A stretch of 64,000 bases of DNA, from positions 352,001 through 416,000 of the forward strand of contig JBFWNU010000007.1 in the NCBI GenBank assembly GCA_050250895.1, in the 5' to 3' direction. The position numbers and the translations under genes are program-made. The notes under the pieces were generated by a model. The model saw only the letters and a program-made list of their open reading frames with translations, was not told where the DNA came from and did not search any database. This document shows, in pieces, positions 18,296-28,290 of the stretch (positions are counted from its first letter, which is position 1; each line of letters begins with the position of its first letter). The DNA is from Vulcanimicrobiota bacterium (GTDB lineage: Bacteria > Vulcanimicrobiota > Xenobia > Xenobiales > JADMJV01).

Positions 18296-20794
18296 ATGGC
18301 CGAGCCAAGGTCTCTCCGTAATCTATCACCAGAGGATGTCAGTAGACTTGCGATCCTGTCGGACGTGAGTCGGCTTTTCAACTCGACCTATGCTTTTCAC
18401 CAGGTCCTCGACCATGTCATGGATTCGGTGATCCGGACTCTCGACGCCGAGCGGGGCGCCATCATGCTCGACAAAGATAGCGTTCTCGAGATCGTAGCCG
18501 CGCGCGATCTCGAAGAATTGCCCAGTTTGCAGGATTTTCGTTACAGCCAGACCGTGGTCAACCGCGTCAAGGCTGACGAGCAACCCGTTGTCTTGCTCAA
18601 CGCCCTCGAACACGAACTGCACGGGGCCAGTCAGTCGATTCAGACCGGCGGCATCCGTTCCATCATGTGCGTGCCGATGATCGGCCGGGAGCGGACGCTC
18701 GGGCTGATCTATCTCGACAACCGTCTATCGGACTCGTTCACCAAGGTTGATCTGGATCTGCTCAAGATTATCGCCGACATGGCTTCTTCGGCCCTGGAAC
18801 GGGCCATGTTCTTCGACGAGTTGCACACTCTCAACGAAGAGCTCGAAGGCCGGGTGCGCGACCGCACTCGCGAGGCCGAAGAGGCCCGCGAGGCGGCCGA
18901 GGCAGCTACTCAAGCCAAGAGTAACTTTCTGGCCAACGTCAGCCACGAGATCCGCACCCCGATGAACGGGATCATCGGTCTCACCAGCCTCACCCTCGAG
19001 ACCGAGCTCAACCCTATTCAGCGCGAATACCTCAACGATGTGGCCCGGTCGGCCAATTCGTTGTTGGGCATCCTCAACGATGTGCTCGACTTCTCCAAGA
19101 TCGAGGCCAATCAGCTCGAGTTGGATCCCCATCCTTTCGAGATGAGCGAACTGCTCGAGGCGGCCACCAAGACGGTGGCCTACTCGGCTCATTCCAAAGG
19201 ACTCGAACTGGTGGTGGACGTCGAGCCCGGAGTGGGCGAGCATTTGATGGCTGACTCGACCCGGCTCCGCCAGGTCTTGATCAACCTGCTGGGCAACGCC
19301 ATCAAGTTTACCAGTGAAGGCGAGATCGTCCTGAAGGTTCAGGTCGAAACCGAGTCCAGCGCCGGTCAGGTGCTGCACTTTAGCGTGCGAGACACCGGGG
19401 TAGGGATTCCCGACGATAAGCTGGGCACCATCTTCGAGGCGTTCAACCAGGCCGATGTCAGCACCACCCGCAAGTACGGCGGCACCGGCCTGGGCCTGAG
19501 CATCAGCGGACGCCTGGTCGAACTCATGGGCGGCCGCCTGTGGGTCGAGAGTCAGGTCGAGAAAGGTTCGGTCTTTCACTTTACCGCACGCTGCGCCAAC
19601 ATGGACGGTCCCCCTGCCGAGGATTTTTCGGCCCTGGAAGGGGTGCGGGTCTTGCTGGCTGAGGACAACCGCACTAACCGCGAGGTGTTGATGCGGCTGT
19701 TGGGTCAGTGGAAGATGTTGCCCACCAGCGTGACCGACGGTGAGGCCGCTCTCATTCGGCTGAAGAAGGCCCGTAGCGAAGAGACACCGTTCGGGCTGGT
19801 CCTCTCCGATGACCAGATGCCTGACCTCGACGGCCCCGGCCTGGCGGCTGCCCTGGCCAAACAGCCAGACAATCAGGTGCCGGTGGTGATGATGGTCAGT
19901 TCGGCTCGCATCGAAGACAACACCGGCGTGGCGGGCTGGATCTCCAAGCCCGTCAATCCGGCTTCGCTGCGCAAGTTGCTGGCTCGCCAATTCGCTGATG
20001 AGAAGAAGACCGAGGCGCCAGCGGCCAGTGCCGAAACCGAGCAGCAAGAAAGTCTCAAGATCTTGCTGGCCGAAGACCACGAAATCAATCAGACCGTGGC
20101 CCTGGCCGTGTTGGGTCGGTTGGGCCACGAGGTGACCCTGGCCCACGACGGTCTCGAGGCTCTGGACCATTTTCGTAAAGGCAAGTTCGACGTCGTGTTG
20201 ATGGACGTGCAGATGCCCAATATGGATGGCTTGCAAGCCACGGCCGCCATTCGCGAACTCGAAGAGACCGAGGCGCGTCAGCGCACGCCCATCGTGGCCA
20301 TGACCGCCCACGCCGTGGCTGGCTACCGGCAACGCTGTCTCGATGCGGGTATGGACAATTACGTCACCAAGCCGATCAATCGGCAGGAGATTATCAGCGT
20401 GCTTGGCCAACTGGCGCCCGGGGAAGAGCCCGAGTCGCAGGTCGAGGAAGAAAAGCCGGACCTCGATCTCTCCAACCTGCTCGACCTGGTAGGCTCGCAA
20501 GAAGCGGTCCGAAAGGTGGCTCGCAAGGCCCTGACCGATTGCGCCGCCCATCTGGTCAGCGTGGACCTGGCTCTGACTCGCAGCGACACCGGGCGGCTGC
20601 AGCGGGCGGCCCATTCGCTCAAGGGTACCTTCGCACTGCTGGGAGCTCAGCGCATGGCCGAGACCGCCGAGCGGCTTTTTTCGTTTGGCGTGAGTGAAGA
20701 GCTCGAGCAAGCCAGGGCCGCGGCTGATGAGTTAAAAAAACAATGGGCTCGGGTTCTGCCCACCTTGCAGTCGGCCTCAGACGAGGCTTCGTGA
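18296..20794 (+). CDS. Hybrid sensor histidine kinase (GAF-HisKA-HATPase-REC-REC-HPt)
   Basis: SHEIRTPMN H-box, NAIKFT, DTGVGI, GGTGLGL, two receivers (SDDQMP, MDVQMP), AHSLKG HPt; no TM segments. Confidence 0.95.
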   Translation: MAEPRSLRNLSPEDVSRLAILSDVSRLFNSTYAFHQVLDHVMDSVIRTLDAERGAIMLDKDSVLEIVAARDLEELPSLQDFRYSQTVVNRVKADEQPVVLLNALEHELHGASQSIQTGGIRSIMCVPMIGRERTLGLIYLDNRLSDSFTKVDLDLLKIIADMASSALERAMFFDELHTLNEELEGRVRDRTREAEEAREAAEAATQAKSNFLANVSHEIRTPMNGIIGLTSLTLETELNPIQREYLNDVARSANSLLGILNDVLDFSKIEANQLELDPHPFEMSELLEAATKTVAYSAHSKGLELVVDVEPGVGEHLMADSTRLRQVLINLLGNAIKFTSEGEIVLKVQVETESSAGQVLHFSVRDTGVGIPDDKLGTIFEAFNQADVSTTRKYGGTGLGLSISGRLVELMGGRLWVESQVEKGSVFHFTARCANMDGPPAEDFSALEGVRVLLAEDNRTNREVLMRLLGQWKMLPTSVTDGEAALIRLKKARSEETPFGLVLSDDQMPDLDGPGLAAALAKQPDNQVPVVMMVSSARIEDNTGVAGWISKPVNPASLRKLLARQFADEKKTEAPAASAETEQQESLKILLAEDHEINQTVALAVLGRLGHEVTLAHDGLEALDHFRKGKFDVVLMDVQMPNMDGLQATAAIRELEETEARQRTPIVAMTAHAVAGYRQRCLDAGMDNYVTKPINRQEIISVLGQLAPGEEPESQVEEEKPDLDLSNLLDLVGSQEAVRKVARKALTDCAAHLVSVDLALTRSDTGRLQRAAHSLKGTFALLGAQRMAETAERLFSFGVSEELEQARAAADELKKQWARVLPTLQSASDEAS

Positions 20795-21459
20795 GGGTCG
20801 GGCTGCTGGCCGCCCTGATTTTGCTCGCCCCGGCCTGGGGCCAAGATTTTCCTGTCGAAGTCGAGATGTTGGGTCCGGCCCGGCCCCTGGCCCGGCCCCT
20901 GGCTCGCAGCCTGCGCTGGCAACCACCGCCGGTGCAGTGTCGGCTGTGCGGCGAAACGACGACACCCGGCCTCTGCAGTTGCCATTTTCGGGTGGATCAG
21001 GAGTTTGGCGAGCGGCTCTTGGCTCAGGTGCGCCAGGATGCCCAGGAGTTGGACCCGCGGCTGGTCTACCGCGGCGGCCTCGAGGTGCGGGTCGTCTCTC
21101 AGGCAAGGCTGGACGAACTTGGTGGCGAGCCCGTCTATGGTCTCTATGAAGAGGGCAGGATCTGGCTCAGCCAGGCCCTCACTCGGCGCGAGGCGTATGC
21201 CGTGCTGGCGCACGAATTCGGCCACGCCTGGCACTTTCAAGAAAACCCGGCCTTTGCCAGCCAGCCAGAGAGGTTGCGTGAAGGCTTTGCCGATTGGGTG
21301 GCGCTGCAGTTGGTCCAGGCGCGCCCTGACCCGTCAGCTCGGGTCCGTTTGTTGGAACAACGCCAGGAACCCTATCGCTCGGGCCTGGCCACCATGCTCA
21401 GGCTTGAAGAACAGGGCGGCCGAGAGGCCGTGCTGGCCCGGGTGGCGCCCCGATACTAA
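20791..21459 (+). CDS. Secreted zinc metallopeptidase (HExxH) with a small Cys cluster
   Basis: Signal peptide; CRLC...CSC; AHEFGHAW...EGFA; GTG overlaps the kinase stop. Confidence 0.75.
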   Translation: MRVGLLAALILLAPAWGQDFPVEVEMLGPARPLARPLARSLRWQPPPVQCRLCGETTTPGLCSCHFRVDQEFGERLLAQVRQDAQELDPRLVYRGGLEVRVVSQARLDELGGEPVYGLYEEGRIWLSQALTRREAYAVLAHEFGHAWHFQENPAFASQPERLREGFADWVALQLVQARPDPSARVRLLEQRQEPYRSGLATMLRLEEQGGREAVLARVAPRY

Positions 21460-21506
21460 AGGTTTAGGCGCCTGGCTGGTCAAAGTAGGCGGCCAGGGGA
21501 GGCTGC

Positions 21507-22217
21507 ATGCTAAGTCAGTTGATCGATGGGCTCAAGGCTATCGTGGTGGGCCACAATGTTGACGAGCGACGGACCACGGCTCGCGCTCGCTGCGAATTGG
21601 CTGTTTCGTGTCGCAGTCAAAAAGGGGGGTTTCCGGCCAACCTGCGCGATCTGAGCATCAGCGGCGTGGGGCTGGGCGCCGATGCATTCATCAGCCGCGG
21701 TACCAAGCTCAAGATTGCCTGTCCTCGAGCCTTTGGCAGTGGGACCGACGCGATGGGCGTGGTACGGTGGTGCCGCCGGGTCGAGGACGCCTGGTATCAC
21801 CTGGGGGTCGATCTGCAGGGAATGAGTCCGAAGTGTTGGGTGCCGGCGGCTCTGCGTGAGTTGGGTCTTGACCCTGATGCCCCGCGGCAGCGGCGCAAGT
21901 TGATGCGGGTCCCGGCTGCGCTTGGGGTGGAACTCAAGCTGGCCGACAGTCAGGCGGCCGAGGGGAAGCTGCTCAATCTCAGCGTGGGTGGGGCTTTTAT
22001 CGAGACGCGCGCCCGATTATCGCGCCATGCTCAGGTGGTGATGTTGATGGGCCCCTGGGACGGAATTCCCGCGATCACCCTCACCTCCAGTGTGGTTTCG
22101 GTAAAGAACGAACAGGGGCTTTGGAGAGCCAGCCTGCGTTTCACTCATATCGGTTCAGATCAGCGCAAACTGCTCGGGCGCTATCTCACCGGCTTGGTGA
22201 AGGCCGCCAAAGCTTGA
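21507..22217 (+). CDS. Tandem PilZ domain protein
   Basis: Two RxxxR / (D/N)LSxxG motif pairs (RRTTAR + DLSISG; RRKLMR + NLSVGG). Confidence 0.85.
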   Translation: MLSQLIDGLKAIVVGHNVDERRTTARARCELAVSCRSQKGGFPANLRDLSISGVGLGADAFISRGTKLKIACPRAFGSGTDAMGVVRWCRRVEDAWYHLGVDLQGMSPKCWVPAALRELGLDPDAPRQRRKLMRVPAALGVELKLADSQAAEGKLLNLSVGGAFIETRARLSRHAQVVMLMGPWDGIPAITLTSSVVSVKNEQGLWRASLRFTHIGSDQRKLLGRYLTGLVKAAKA

Positions 22218-22263
22218 CCTTCGCGCGCAGGCGCCGGGGCTCCACCATAGAAGCACACTAGCG

Positions 22264-22992
22264 TTGTTTTTCGAGTTCTGCGCATGGTTTTTCTTGACCA
22301 CCGCCGTGATGACCACCCACTGGTGGGTGCTTCGGCGGCGCTTCCGGCGCATCAATCAGCTGCTCACCGATGGGTGTCCGGCCGAATTCATCCTGGCGCT
22401 CGACGCCGAGATGCGGCGGGCTCACAGCCCTGAGGTAAGGGCGCTTTTCACCATCAGCCGCTCGGCCGGGCTATCTTATCTTGGCCGTTGGAGCGAGGCT
22501 ATCGACGACCTGGAGAATATCGACGCCGAATTGATCCGGCAACCCGAGGCCCGCGCGGTCTACTGCAACAACTTGCTTTATAGCCTGCTATTGGCGGGGA
22601 GTTTCGAGAAGGCCGCGCGCCTGGTCGATACCGAGACACGCTGGCTGGTTCCCGAGTATCGCCACCGCGACCTGAATCTTAGTCTGCGTGGGACCATGGC
22701 CACCTTTTACTATTTTCGAGGACTGACCGATGAGGCCCGGCGAGAGTTCGAACTGCTGGAGGCAGAGCTGCGGGGCCCCATGCAAACGGCCACCAGTCTC
22801 TATTTTCTGGCTCGTCTGGATCTGGCCGAGGGCGACACCGAGCGCGGTCTCGAACGACTCCGTCAGGTAGTGCACCTGGCCCCCCGAACGTTTTTCCCCG
22901 ACGAGGTAAAGGCGCTCAGCCTTGGGCAGGAGCGGATTGGCCCGCCGGGGGCTGCTCTGGTGGCTTCGGAAACAGATCGTCGCGGCGAATGA
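22264..22992 (+). CDS. Membrane-anchored TPR-like protein
   Basis: N-terminal TM and helical TPR-like repeats; 77-bp convergent overlap with the next gene. Confidence 0.6.
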   Translation: MFFEFCAWFFLTTAVMTTHWWVLRRRFRRINQLLTDGCPAEFILALDAEMRRAHSPEVRALFTISRSAGLSYLGRWSEAIDDLENIDAELIRQPEARAVYCNNLLYSLLLAGSFEKAARLVDTETRWLVPEYRHRDLNLSLRGTMATFYYFRGLTDEARREFELLEAELRGPMQTATSLYFLARLDLAEGDTERGLERLRQVVHLAPRTFFPDEVKALSLGQERIGPPGAALVASETDRRGE

Positions 22993-24199
22993 CCTCGTCC
23001 AGGAAAACCATGTTGGCCCGGGCCACTCGCTGGCGGATGGGGTCGATCTGCTCACGGTCCGGCTGGAAACTCTGCCCGATTTCGAGGGTGTAGCTGAAGA
23101 TGCCGTTGATATGGTGGATGTCGTGCGAGCCACCAGTGGTCGGGTAGAGAGAGGAACTCTGCATCAGGCGGTAGCGAGTGTCACCTAGAGCGTCGTTCAT
23201 CTTGGCGCCCACATCCTGATAGACGGCTGCATTGTCGACCGGATCGTAAGTGTTGCCCCAGGGGTAAAGGATCATTTGACCGTAGCCGTGATGATCGAGA
23301 ATTCCCTTGATATTGCCGCGACCGAGTTCGAGGTCGAGCATCGCCTGCGTCTCCCGCTCGGAGGCTCCAAAGGGCCCGCGATAAGTGTCGTCGTCGGGAT
23401 TGTCGCTGGTGCGACCGAAGTCGTCGCGCGTGCTGCAGGGCGTGTCTCCCGGAGGACGATAGACCCACTCGTGAGTGGGCACGTCGTCGGCGTAGTTGCG
23501 ATTGAGGTCCACGCCCATTCCCGCCTGAGGGTGCTGATTGTCGCAGAAGGTGTTGCTTACCGGTCGCCGGTTTTTGCGCCACCAGTTGTCCTGGGTGCGG
23601 CTGTACTCGTATCCATCGGGGTTGACCAGGGGCACGACCCAGATTTCGGCTTTGTCGACGCGGTCTTTCATGGCGGGATCGCTGGCGTAGCCCTCGACCA
23701 GTCGTTGGGCCACATACAGGGGCGCCTCCATCGACATCCATTCGCGGGCGTGATGGCAACCCGTGATGACCACTCCCGGCTTCTGGCGAGTGTCGTCGCT
23801 GGCCGCTCCCGAAGAGATCTTCAGGGCCCAGATTTCGCGACCCTCGTGGCTGGTGCCCAGGCTGACGCGCTGAGCGATGTCGGGATGGGTTTCGGCCAGG
23901 CGCGCCAGTTCGGCGGCAACCTCGTCATAGGTGTGGTAGTTCAGGGCATTAGCCGGCACCTCTTTGAGAAGGTGGGACTTGAACTCTTTGACCACCTTTT
24001 CCTGATCGACTACGTGGTAGGTCGGGTCTTCGAGCGCGTCGGTCTTGATCAGATAGTCCATAATCTCTTGATCGTCGAGAACGCTATCTTCGTTTGCGTC
24101 GATCCGGGCAGCTTCGGCCTTGCACTCGCGGTGAACCTGGAACTCCCGGCCCTCCCGGTGGAATTTGTAAAGGTTGCTTTCAATACTTGTGGTCGCCAT
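22916..24199 (-). CDS. M14 zinc carboxypeptidase (carboxypeptidase T-like)
   Basis: HHAREW, NPDGY, WRKNR, GVDLNRN, SERET, DHHGY, TLEIG motifs. Confidence 0.92.
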   Translation of the reverse strand: MATTSIESNLYKFHREGREFQVHRECKAEAARIDANEDSVLDDQEIMDYLIKTDALEDPTYHVVDQEKVVKEFKSHLLKEVPANALNYHTYDEVAAELARLAETHPDIAQRVSLGTSHEGREIWALKISSGAASDDTRQKPGVVITGCHHAREWMSMEAPLYVAQRLVEGYASDPAMKDRVDKAEIWVVPLVNPDGYEYSRTQDNWWRKNRRPVSNTFCDNQHPQAGMGVDLNRNYADDVPTHEWVYRPPGDTPCSTRDDFGRTSDNPDDDTYRGPFGASERETQAMLDLELGRGNIKGILDHHGYGQMILYPWGNTYDPVDNAAVYQDVGAKMNDALGDTRYRLMQSSSLYPTTGGSHDIHHINGIFSYTLEIGQSFQPDREQIDPIRQRVARANMVFLDEVIRRDDLFPKPPEQPPAGQSAPAQG

Positions 24200-24265
24200 A
24201 AAGGCAAGTTATCAGTGCCACCTTGCGCAGGCGCGATCACCATGTAAACAAACGGTCAGGAAGGG

Positions 24266-24294
24266 TTGACCTGAGCCGCGATCGTTACTACCAT
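24266..24294 (+). promoter_or_regulatory. sigma70-type promoter of the helicase gene
   Basis: TTGACC (24266-24271), 17 bp, TACCAT (24289-24294); in-frame GTG at 24302. Confidence 0.55.
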
Positions 24295-24301
24295 GCGCTG
24301 C

Positions 24302-25948
24302 GTGGTAGGTGCGAAGAAAACGACCACTCGGATTCGCGTCCCGCGCGGATTTCGTCCCCGCGATTGGGCTCGCGAAGCCTATGCCCTCTATCTCAAGAGC
24401 GAGCAGAAGGACTTCTCCGTCAACGCCTGCCCCGGCGCTGGCAAGACCAAGTTCGCGGTGATGCTGGCGTTCAACGAGCTTCATCGGGGAGCGGTCGATC
24501 GCATCGACATCGTGGGCCCCTCGACCCATATTTGCGAGCAATGGATGCGCGAGATGGCTGTTTGGGGGGTTCATCTCGACCCGGAGAACTTTCGCGAATC
24601 GCGCGACTGCATCGGCCGGGTCATGACGTATCAACGTCTCGGCATGGATCCCAAGGGCTTCCAATTGCTGCCGGGGCGGCGCACCCTGGTCATCCTTGAC
24701 GAGATCCATCATGCGGGCGATTCCCGCAGTTGGGGAGAGGGATTGCGTCTGGCCTTCGATGGGGCCACCCGTCGTCTGCTGCTTTCGGGTACACCCTTTC
24801 GCAGCGACAACAATAGCATTCCGTTTATTCGCTACAGCCAGGGACAAAAGGGAACCAGCATCAGCGACTACACCTACGGTTATGGCGAAGCCTTGCGCGA
24901 CAACTACTGCGCGCCCCTCTATTTCCCGCACCACGACGGGGAGTTCGAGTGGGAACGCGACGGCGAGAGCTATCGGGCGGATTTCGAGAAAGCGCTCAGT
25001 CGCAGCCGGGCCGCCGATCGAATGCGGACCGCCCTGGAGCCGACCGGAGATTACGTGCGGGGAATGCTGATGGAGGCTCATCGCCACCTGCGCGAGATCC
25101 GCATCAATCACGAAGAAGCGGCCGGCATTGTGTTCGGGCGTGATGTCGAGAACGTGAGAGCGCTGGCCGATGTCCTCTACGAGATTTCCGGCGTAGAACC
25201 GGTGACCGTAACCGTCGACGACCCCGACGCCGGTCAGCGCATTCGGGATTTTCGTCGCGGGGTCGCGCCCTGGATCGTCTCGGTCAAGATGGTTTCCGAA
25301 GGGGTAGACATTCCCCGTTTGCGGGTGGGGGTCTTTTTGACCAATGTTCGCACCGAAATGTTCTTTCGGCAGGCGGCCGGCAGACTGGTGCGTCTGGTCG
25401 ACGGACTCGAAGACCAGTCAGGCTATCTCTATATTCCTTCGATCCCACGCCTGGTGAGCTTTGCCACCGATCTGCAGCGCGAACGCAACCACTTTATCGA
25501 AAACAAGAACAAAGAGGGCCTGGTGAGTCTGCCGTTGTTGCCCGACGAGAGCGAAGAACGAGAAGAATCGGATTATCGTTTTCTCGGGTCGCGCGGCGAG
25601 CGACGCGGGGTCATCGAGTCGGGGCCGCCTACGGATGCGCGGGGGCAAACCTTCTTTGACTTCGCGGCCGAACTTGTAGAGACCGAGCCCGAGCCACCGC
25701 CCCGACCGGCCCCGGTCCCTGACGAACCGGCTTTGCTGCATGAGCAGAAAGAGTTCGTCAGGCGCAAGGGCGGTCGAATCTCGAGCCTGGTTCGTCAGAT
25801 CCATCTGGCCCACGAGGTGCCCTACCAGCAGGTCCATGCCGTGCTCAACCGACGTCAAAAAGTGTCTTCCCAGGCCGAGTGCACCCTGGAACAACTGGTC
25901 GAGCGCGAACGCCTGCTCGAGCGCTGGTTGTCTAAAGGTTCGGCCTAA
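24302..25948 (+). CDS. Superfamily II DEAD/DEAH-box helicase
   Basis: PGAGKT, DEIHH, SGTPFR, MVSEGVDIPRL, QAAGR motifs. Start either 24293 or GTG 24302. Confidence 0.92.
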   Translation: MVGAKKTTTRIRVPRGFRPRDWAREAYALYLKSEQKDFSVNACPGAGKTKFAVMLAFNELHRGAVDRIDIVGPSTHICEQWMREMAVWGVHLDPENFRESRDCIGRVMTYQRLGMDPKGFQLLPGRRTLVILDEIHHAGDSRSWGEGLRLAFDGATRRLLLSGTPFRSDNNSIPFIRYSQGQKGTSISDYTYGYGEALRDNYCAPLYFPHHDGEFEWERDGESYRADFEKALSRSRAADRMRTALEPTGDYVRGMLMEAHRHLREIRINHEEAAGIVFGRDVENVRALADVLYEISGVEPVTVTVDDPDAGQRIRDFRRGVAPWIVSVKMVSEGVDIPRLRVGVFLTNVRTEMFFRQAAGRLVRLVDGLEDQSGYLYIPSIPRLVSFATDLQRERNHFIENKNKEGLVSLPLLPDESEEREESDYRFLGSRGERRGVIESGPPTDARGQTFFDFAAELVETEPEPPPRPAPVPDEPALLHEQKEFVRRKGGRISSLVRQIHLAHEVPYQQVHAVLNRRQKVSSQAECTLEQLVERERLLERWLSKGSA

Positions 25949-26979
25949 CCTTCTTTGAGGGCTTCACGAGCTCGTTCGTAGTGACGGTGATAGCGTTTAC
26001 TGCGGGGATCGTGCGGTCCCCATAGGCGAGTGGCCATCATGAAGGCTTCTCGCTCGGCCTTCTCGGCCTGGGCGTACTCTTGCCAGCCAAAATGAAGCCC
26101 GCCCACGTTGTCATACAGCGAGGCGACCTCTTCGTGATCCGGCATCCCCAGGGATTCCCACATCGCAAAAGCCTCTTGAAACAGCTGCTGGGCCCGTTCC
26201 GGAGAGCCCGTGGACAGAGCGGCCTGTCCCAGGCCGTTGAGGCAGCAGGCCATCTCGGCCGGGTCGGGAATCAGACGCGCTTTTTGGATCTTGAGGGCTG
26301 ACTCAAACCAGGGCACGGCACTGGCGGCTTTCTTCTGGCGTAGATGGACCTGGCCCAGTTCGCGCTGGGTGCGCGCCAGCCGGGGGTCGATCTCGCCCCA
26401 CACCCTGGCGATCTGCATGGCAGCCTTGAGTTTTTCTTCGGCCGAGTCGAGGTCTTGCTCGGCCAGACAGACCAGACCCTGGCGCCGCAGGCGCAACCAG
26501 AAGTCTTGCTTGCTGATCTTGAGGGTGGCAAAGTCGGCGTCGTCCTGGCTGCTGGCTGTATTGGTTGCTTCTTCCAGTCGCGACTCGAGGGTGAGGGCGA
26601 TGCCCCGGGCCTGGGTCAGCTGAACCGCCGAGAAGGCCGAACTCTGACGATGATCTCCATAGAAGAAGCCGATCACCTTGGAGGCCAGGTCGCGAACCGG
26701 AACCACCAGGATCGAGACGGCCGTGTCACAGGGCTCGTTCAGCTGGGCGTCGGCCTGCTCGATGCGCAGCGGTTCCCCGCTTTGAAGCACACAATCCGTG
26801 GCCTCGCGGCTGATGGGGCAGTCCTCGATTCTAGCCACCCGGGCCAGGCCATGAAAGGCGCGCGGAACGGGACCTTCACTCGCATCCTCGGCCACACAAA
26901 CCAGGGCCCGCTCGGCTGCGGTCGTCTCTACGAAGCGCTGCAATTCTCTCACGAAAATAGCTTGTTTTGAATCGCTCAC
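25945..26979 (-). CDS. GAF + TPR protein
   Basis: N-terminal GAF-like segment (SILVVPV...IGFFYGD); kinesin-light-chain-type TPRs. Confidence 0.75.
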   Translation of the reverse strand: MSDSKQAIFVRELQRFVETTAAERALVCVAEDASEGPVPRAFHGLARVARIEDCPISREATDCVLQSGEPLRIEQADAQLNEPCDTAVSILVVPVRDLASKVIGFFYGDHRQSSAFSAVQLTQARGIALTLESRLEEATNTASSQDDADFATLKISKQDFWLRLRRQGLVCLAEQDLDSAEEKLKAAMQIARVWGEIDPRLARTQRELGQVHLRQKKAASAVPWFESALKIQKARLIPDPAEMACCLNGLGQAALSTGSPERAQQLFQEAFAMWESLGMPDHEEVASLYDNVGGLHFGWQEYAQAEKAEREAFMMATRLWGPHDPRSKRYHRHYERAREALKEG

Positions 26980-27077
26980 CAGGCCGAGCTTTTTTGGGCG
27001 CCCGCGGCTTGTTCCTTCACCGAGTGTGGAGAATTCTTCCGATGCAGTCGAGGCGTAATTGTGTTACGATGTCGTTT

Positions 27078-27539
27078 GTGAGAAGACTTGGGCGGCGTGG
27101 GTTGACCGTGGGCGAGTTAATGGTTGCGAGCGCCCTGCTGGGGATGATCATGGTGACGATGATGATCATGTTCGGGCAGATGATGGCGACTAGCTCCAAG
27201 AACACGATGTTGGCGGCCGGTTCGTATCTAGCGGACGGTATCCTCGAGAATCAGATCACCAAAGCCAAGGATTCCAACCCGTCCTTCGTCTCGGTGCCGC
27301 TCGATTCGAGTCAGTGGGTCAAGACGACCGACCCCAACAGCCAAACCGAGTTTCTCTATCGCGTCGAGGCCGAGCAGATCGGCGGCACGCCTGGCGGGCA
27401 GCCGGGGGAGGTGTGGTATGTCCAGGTCGAAGTGGCCTGGTGGCAGTCCGGAGGCAACGTCAATAGCCAGGCTTATCGGGCCGGATATGGAAAGCTGAAC
27501 CTCAAGCGAGGTCGAGTGATCTATGTTCAGAGAGATTAG
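27078..27539 (+). CDS. Type IV pilin/pseudopilin-like protein (PilV-like)
   Basis: Class III signal RRG|LTVGELMV followed by a hydrophobic helix; V.V.W C-terminal motif. Start 27069 or 27078. Confidence 0.75.
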   Translation: MRRLGRRGLTVGELMVASALLGMIMVTMMIMFGQMMATSSKNTMLAAGSYLADGILENQITKAKDSNPSFVSVPLDSSQWVKTTDPNSQTEFLYRVEAEQIGGTPGGQPGEVWYVQVEVAWWQSGGNVNSQAYRAGYGKLNLKRGRVIYVQRD

Positions 27540-28239
27540 GCGCGGCTTTTCGCTACTTGAACTGATGTTCGCGGTAGCTCTCTTCTCTCTGCTCATGATC
27601 ATGGTATTCGCCTTCTTTCAGTACGCCACGCGTTCGTTTCAGCTGGCCAGCGTACGCCAGGGGATTCAGTCCGACGGCCTTCGAGTCATGAATAGCCTCC
27701 AGTCAGACCTTCGCCGTACCGCCGAGTCGACCATCACGCTCGATCCGCGCCTGGCTACTGTTACCGTAAACGGCACCACTCCTCGTCGCGACGCGATATC
27801 GCTGGGCGGCCTCTACAACTGGACCGACGCCAGTAATACCGACAATTTCGATCCGGGGACCGGTCAGCCTCGCTGGAATCGTTACATCGTCTACTATGCT
27901 ACCCGCAACGAAGAGGGCGCTCACCTCTACAAACTGGTGCTAGAGCCGGCCCCTCCGCCGATCGCGCCCATCGCCTTGCCCCTGGTCGACCTGCAAGACG
28001 CCTCCCGAGACGACCCTTCGACCAACGTCTTTCAGGGCAGCAGTCCGGCTTTCGTCTTGCTGGCCAAGAATGTCCAGGAATTTTCGCTGGAAAACAAGGC
28101 TGGCACCATCCAGGTCAACGTGACGTTGCGGGAGCGGCGGGGTGCCAGACCCAACAGCGGGCAAGGGTCGGGCGAAGAAGTGTTCGAGTTGATGACGGGC
28201 GTTCGTCCCGAGAACACCTATCCCAGCACAAAGTTTTAG
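27523..28239 (+). CDS. Prepilin-type N-terminal cleavage protein (PilW/GspJ-like)
   Basis: RRG|FSLLELM class III signal peptide. Confidence 0.85.
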   Translation: MFREIRRGFSLLELMFAVALFSLLMIMVFAFFQYATRSFQLASVRQGIQSDGLRVMNSLQSDLRRTAESTITLDPRLATVTVNGTTPRRDAISLGGLYNWTDASNTDNFDPGTGQPRWNRYIVYYATRNEEGAHLYKLVLEPAPPPIAPIALPLVDLQDASRDDPSTNVFQGSSPAFVLLAKNVQEFSLENKAGTIQVNVTLRERRGARPNSGQGSGEEVFELMTGVRPENTYPSTKF

Positions 28240-28290
28240 AAAAAGCCAATCGGGCTGGAATCCAGGCCGAAAAATTGTTAAACTTCTGGT

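Noticed and set aside
18725-20710. 661-aa antisense ORF (similar ones at 28789-30690, 36115-37338, 46202-47467, 13276-14391)
   Set aside because: Antisense shadows of well-supported genes, expected from high-GC codon bias; no motifs.
24302-25948. Helicase as part of a restriction or anti-phage system
   Set aside because: No adjacent methylase, nuclease or defence-island context; it appears to be a stand-alone gene.
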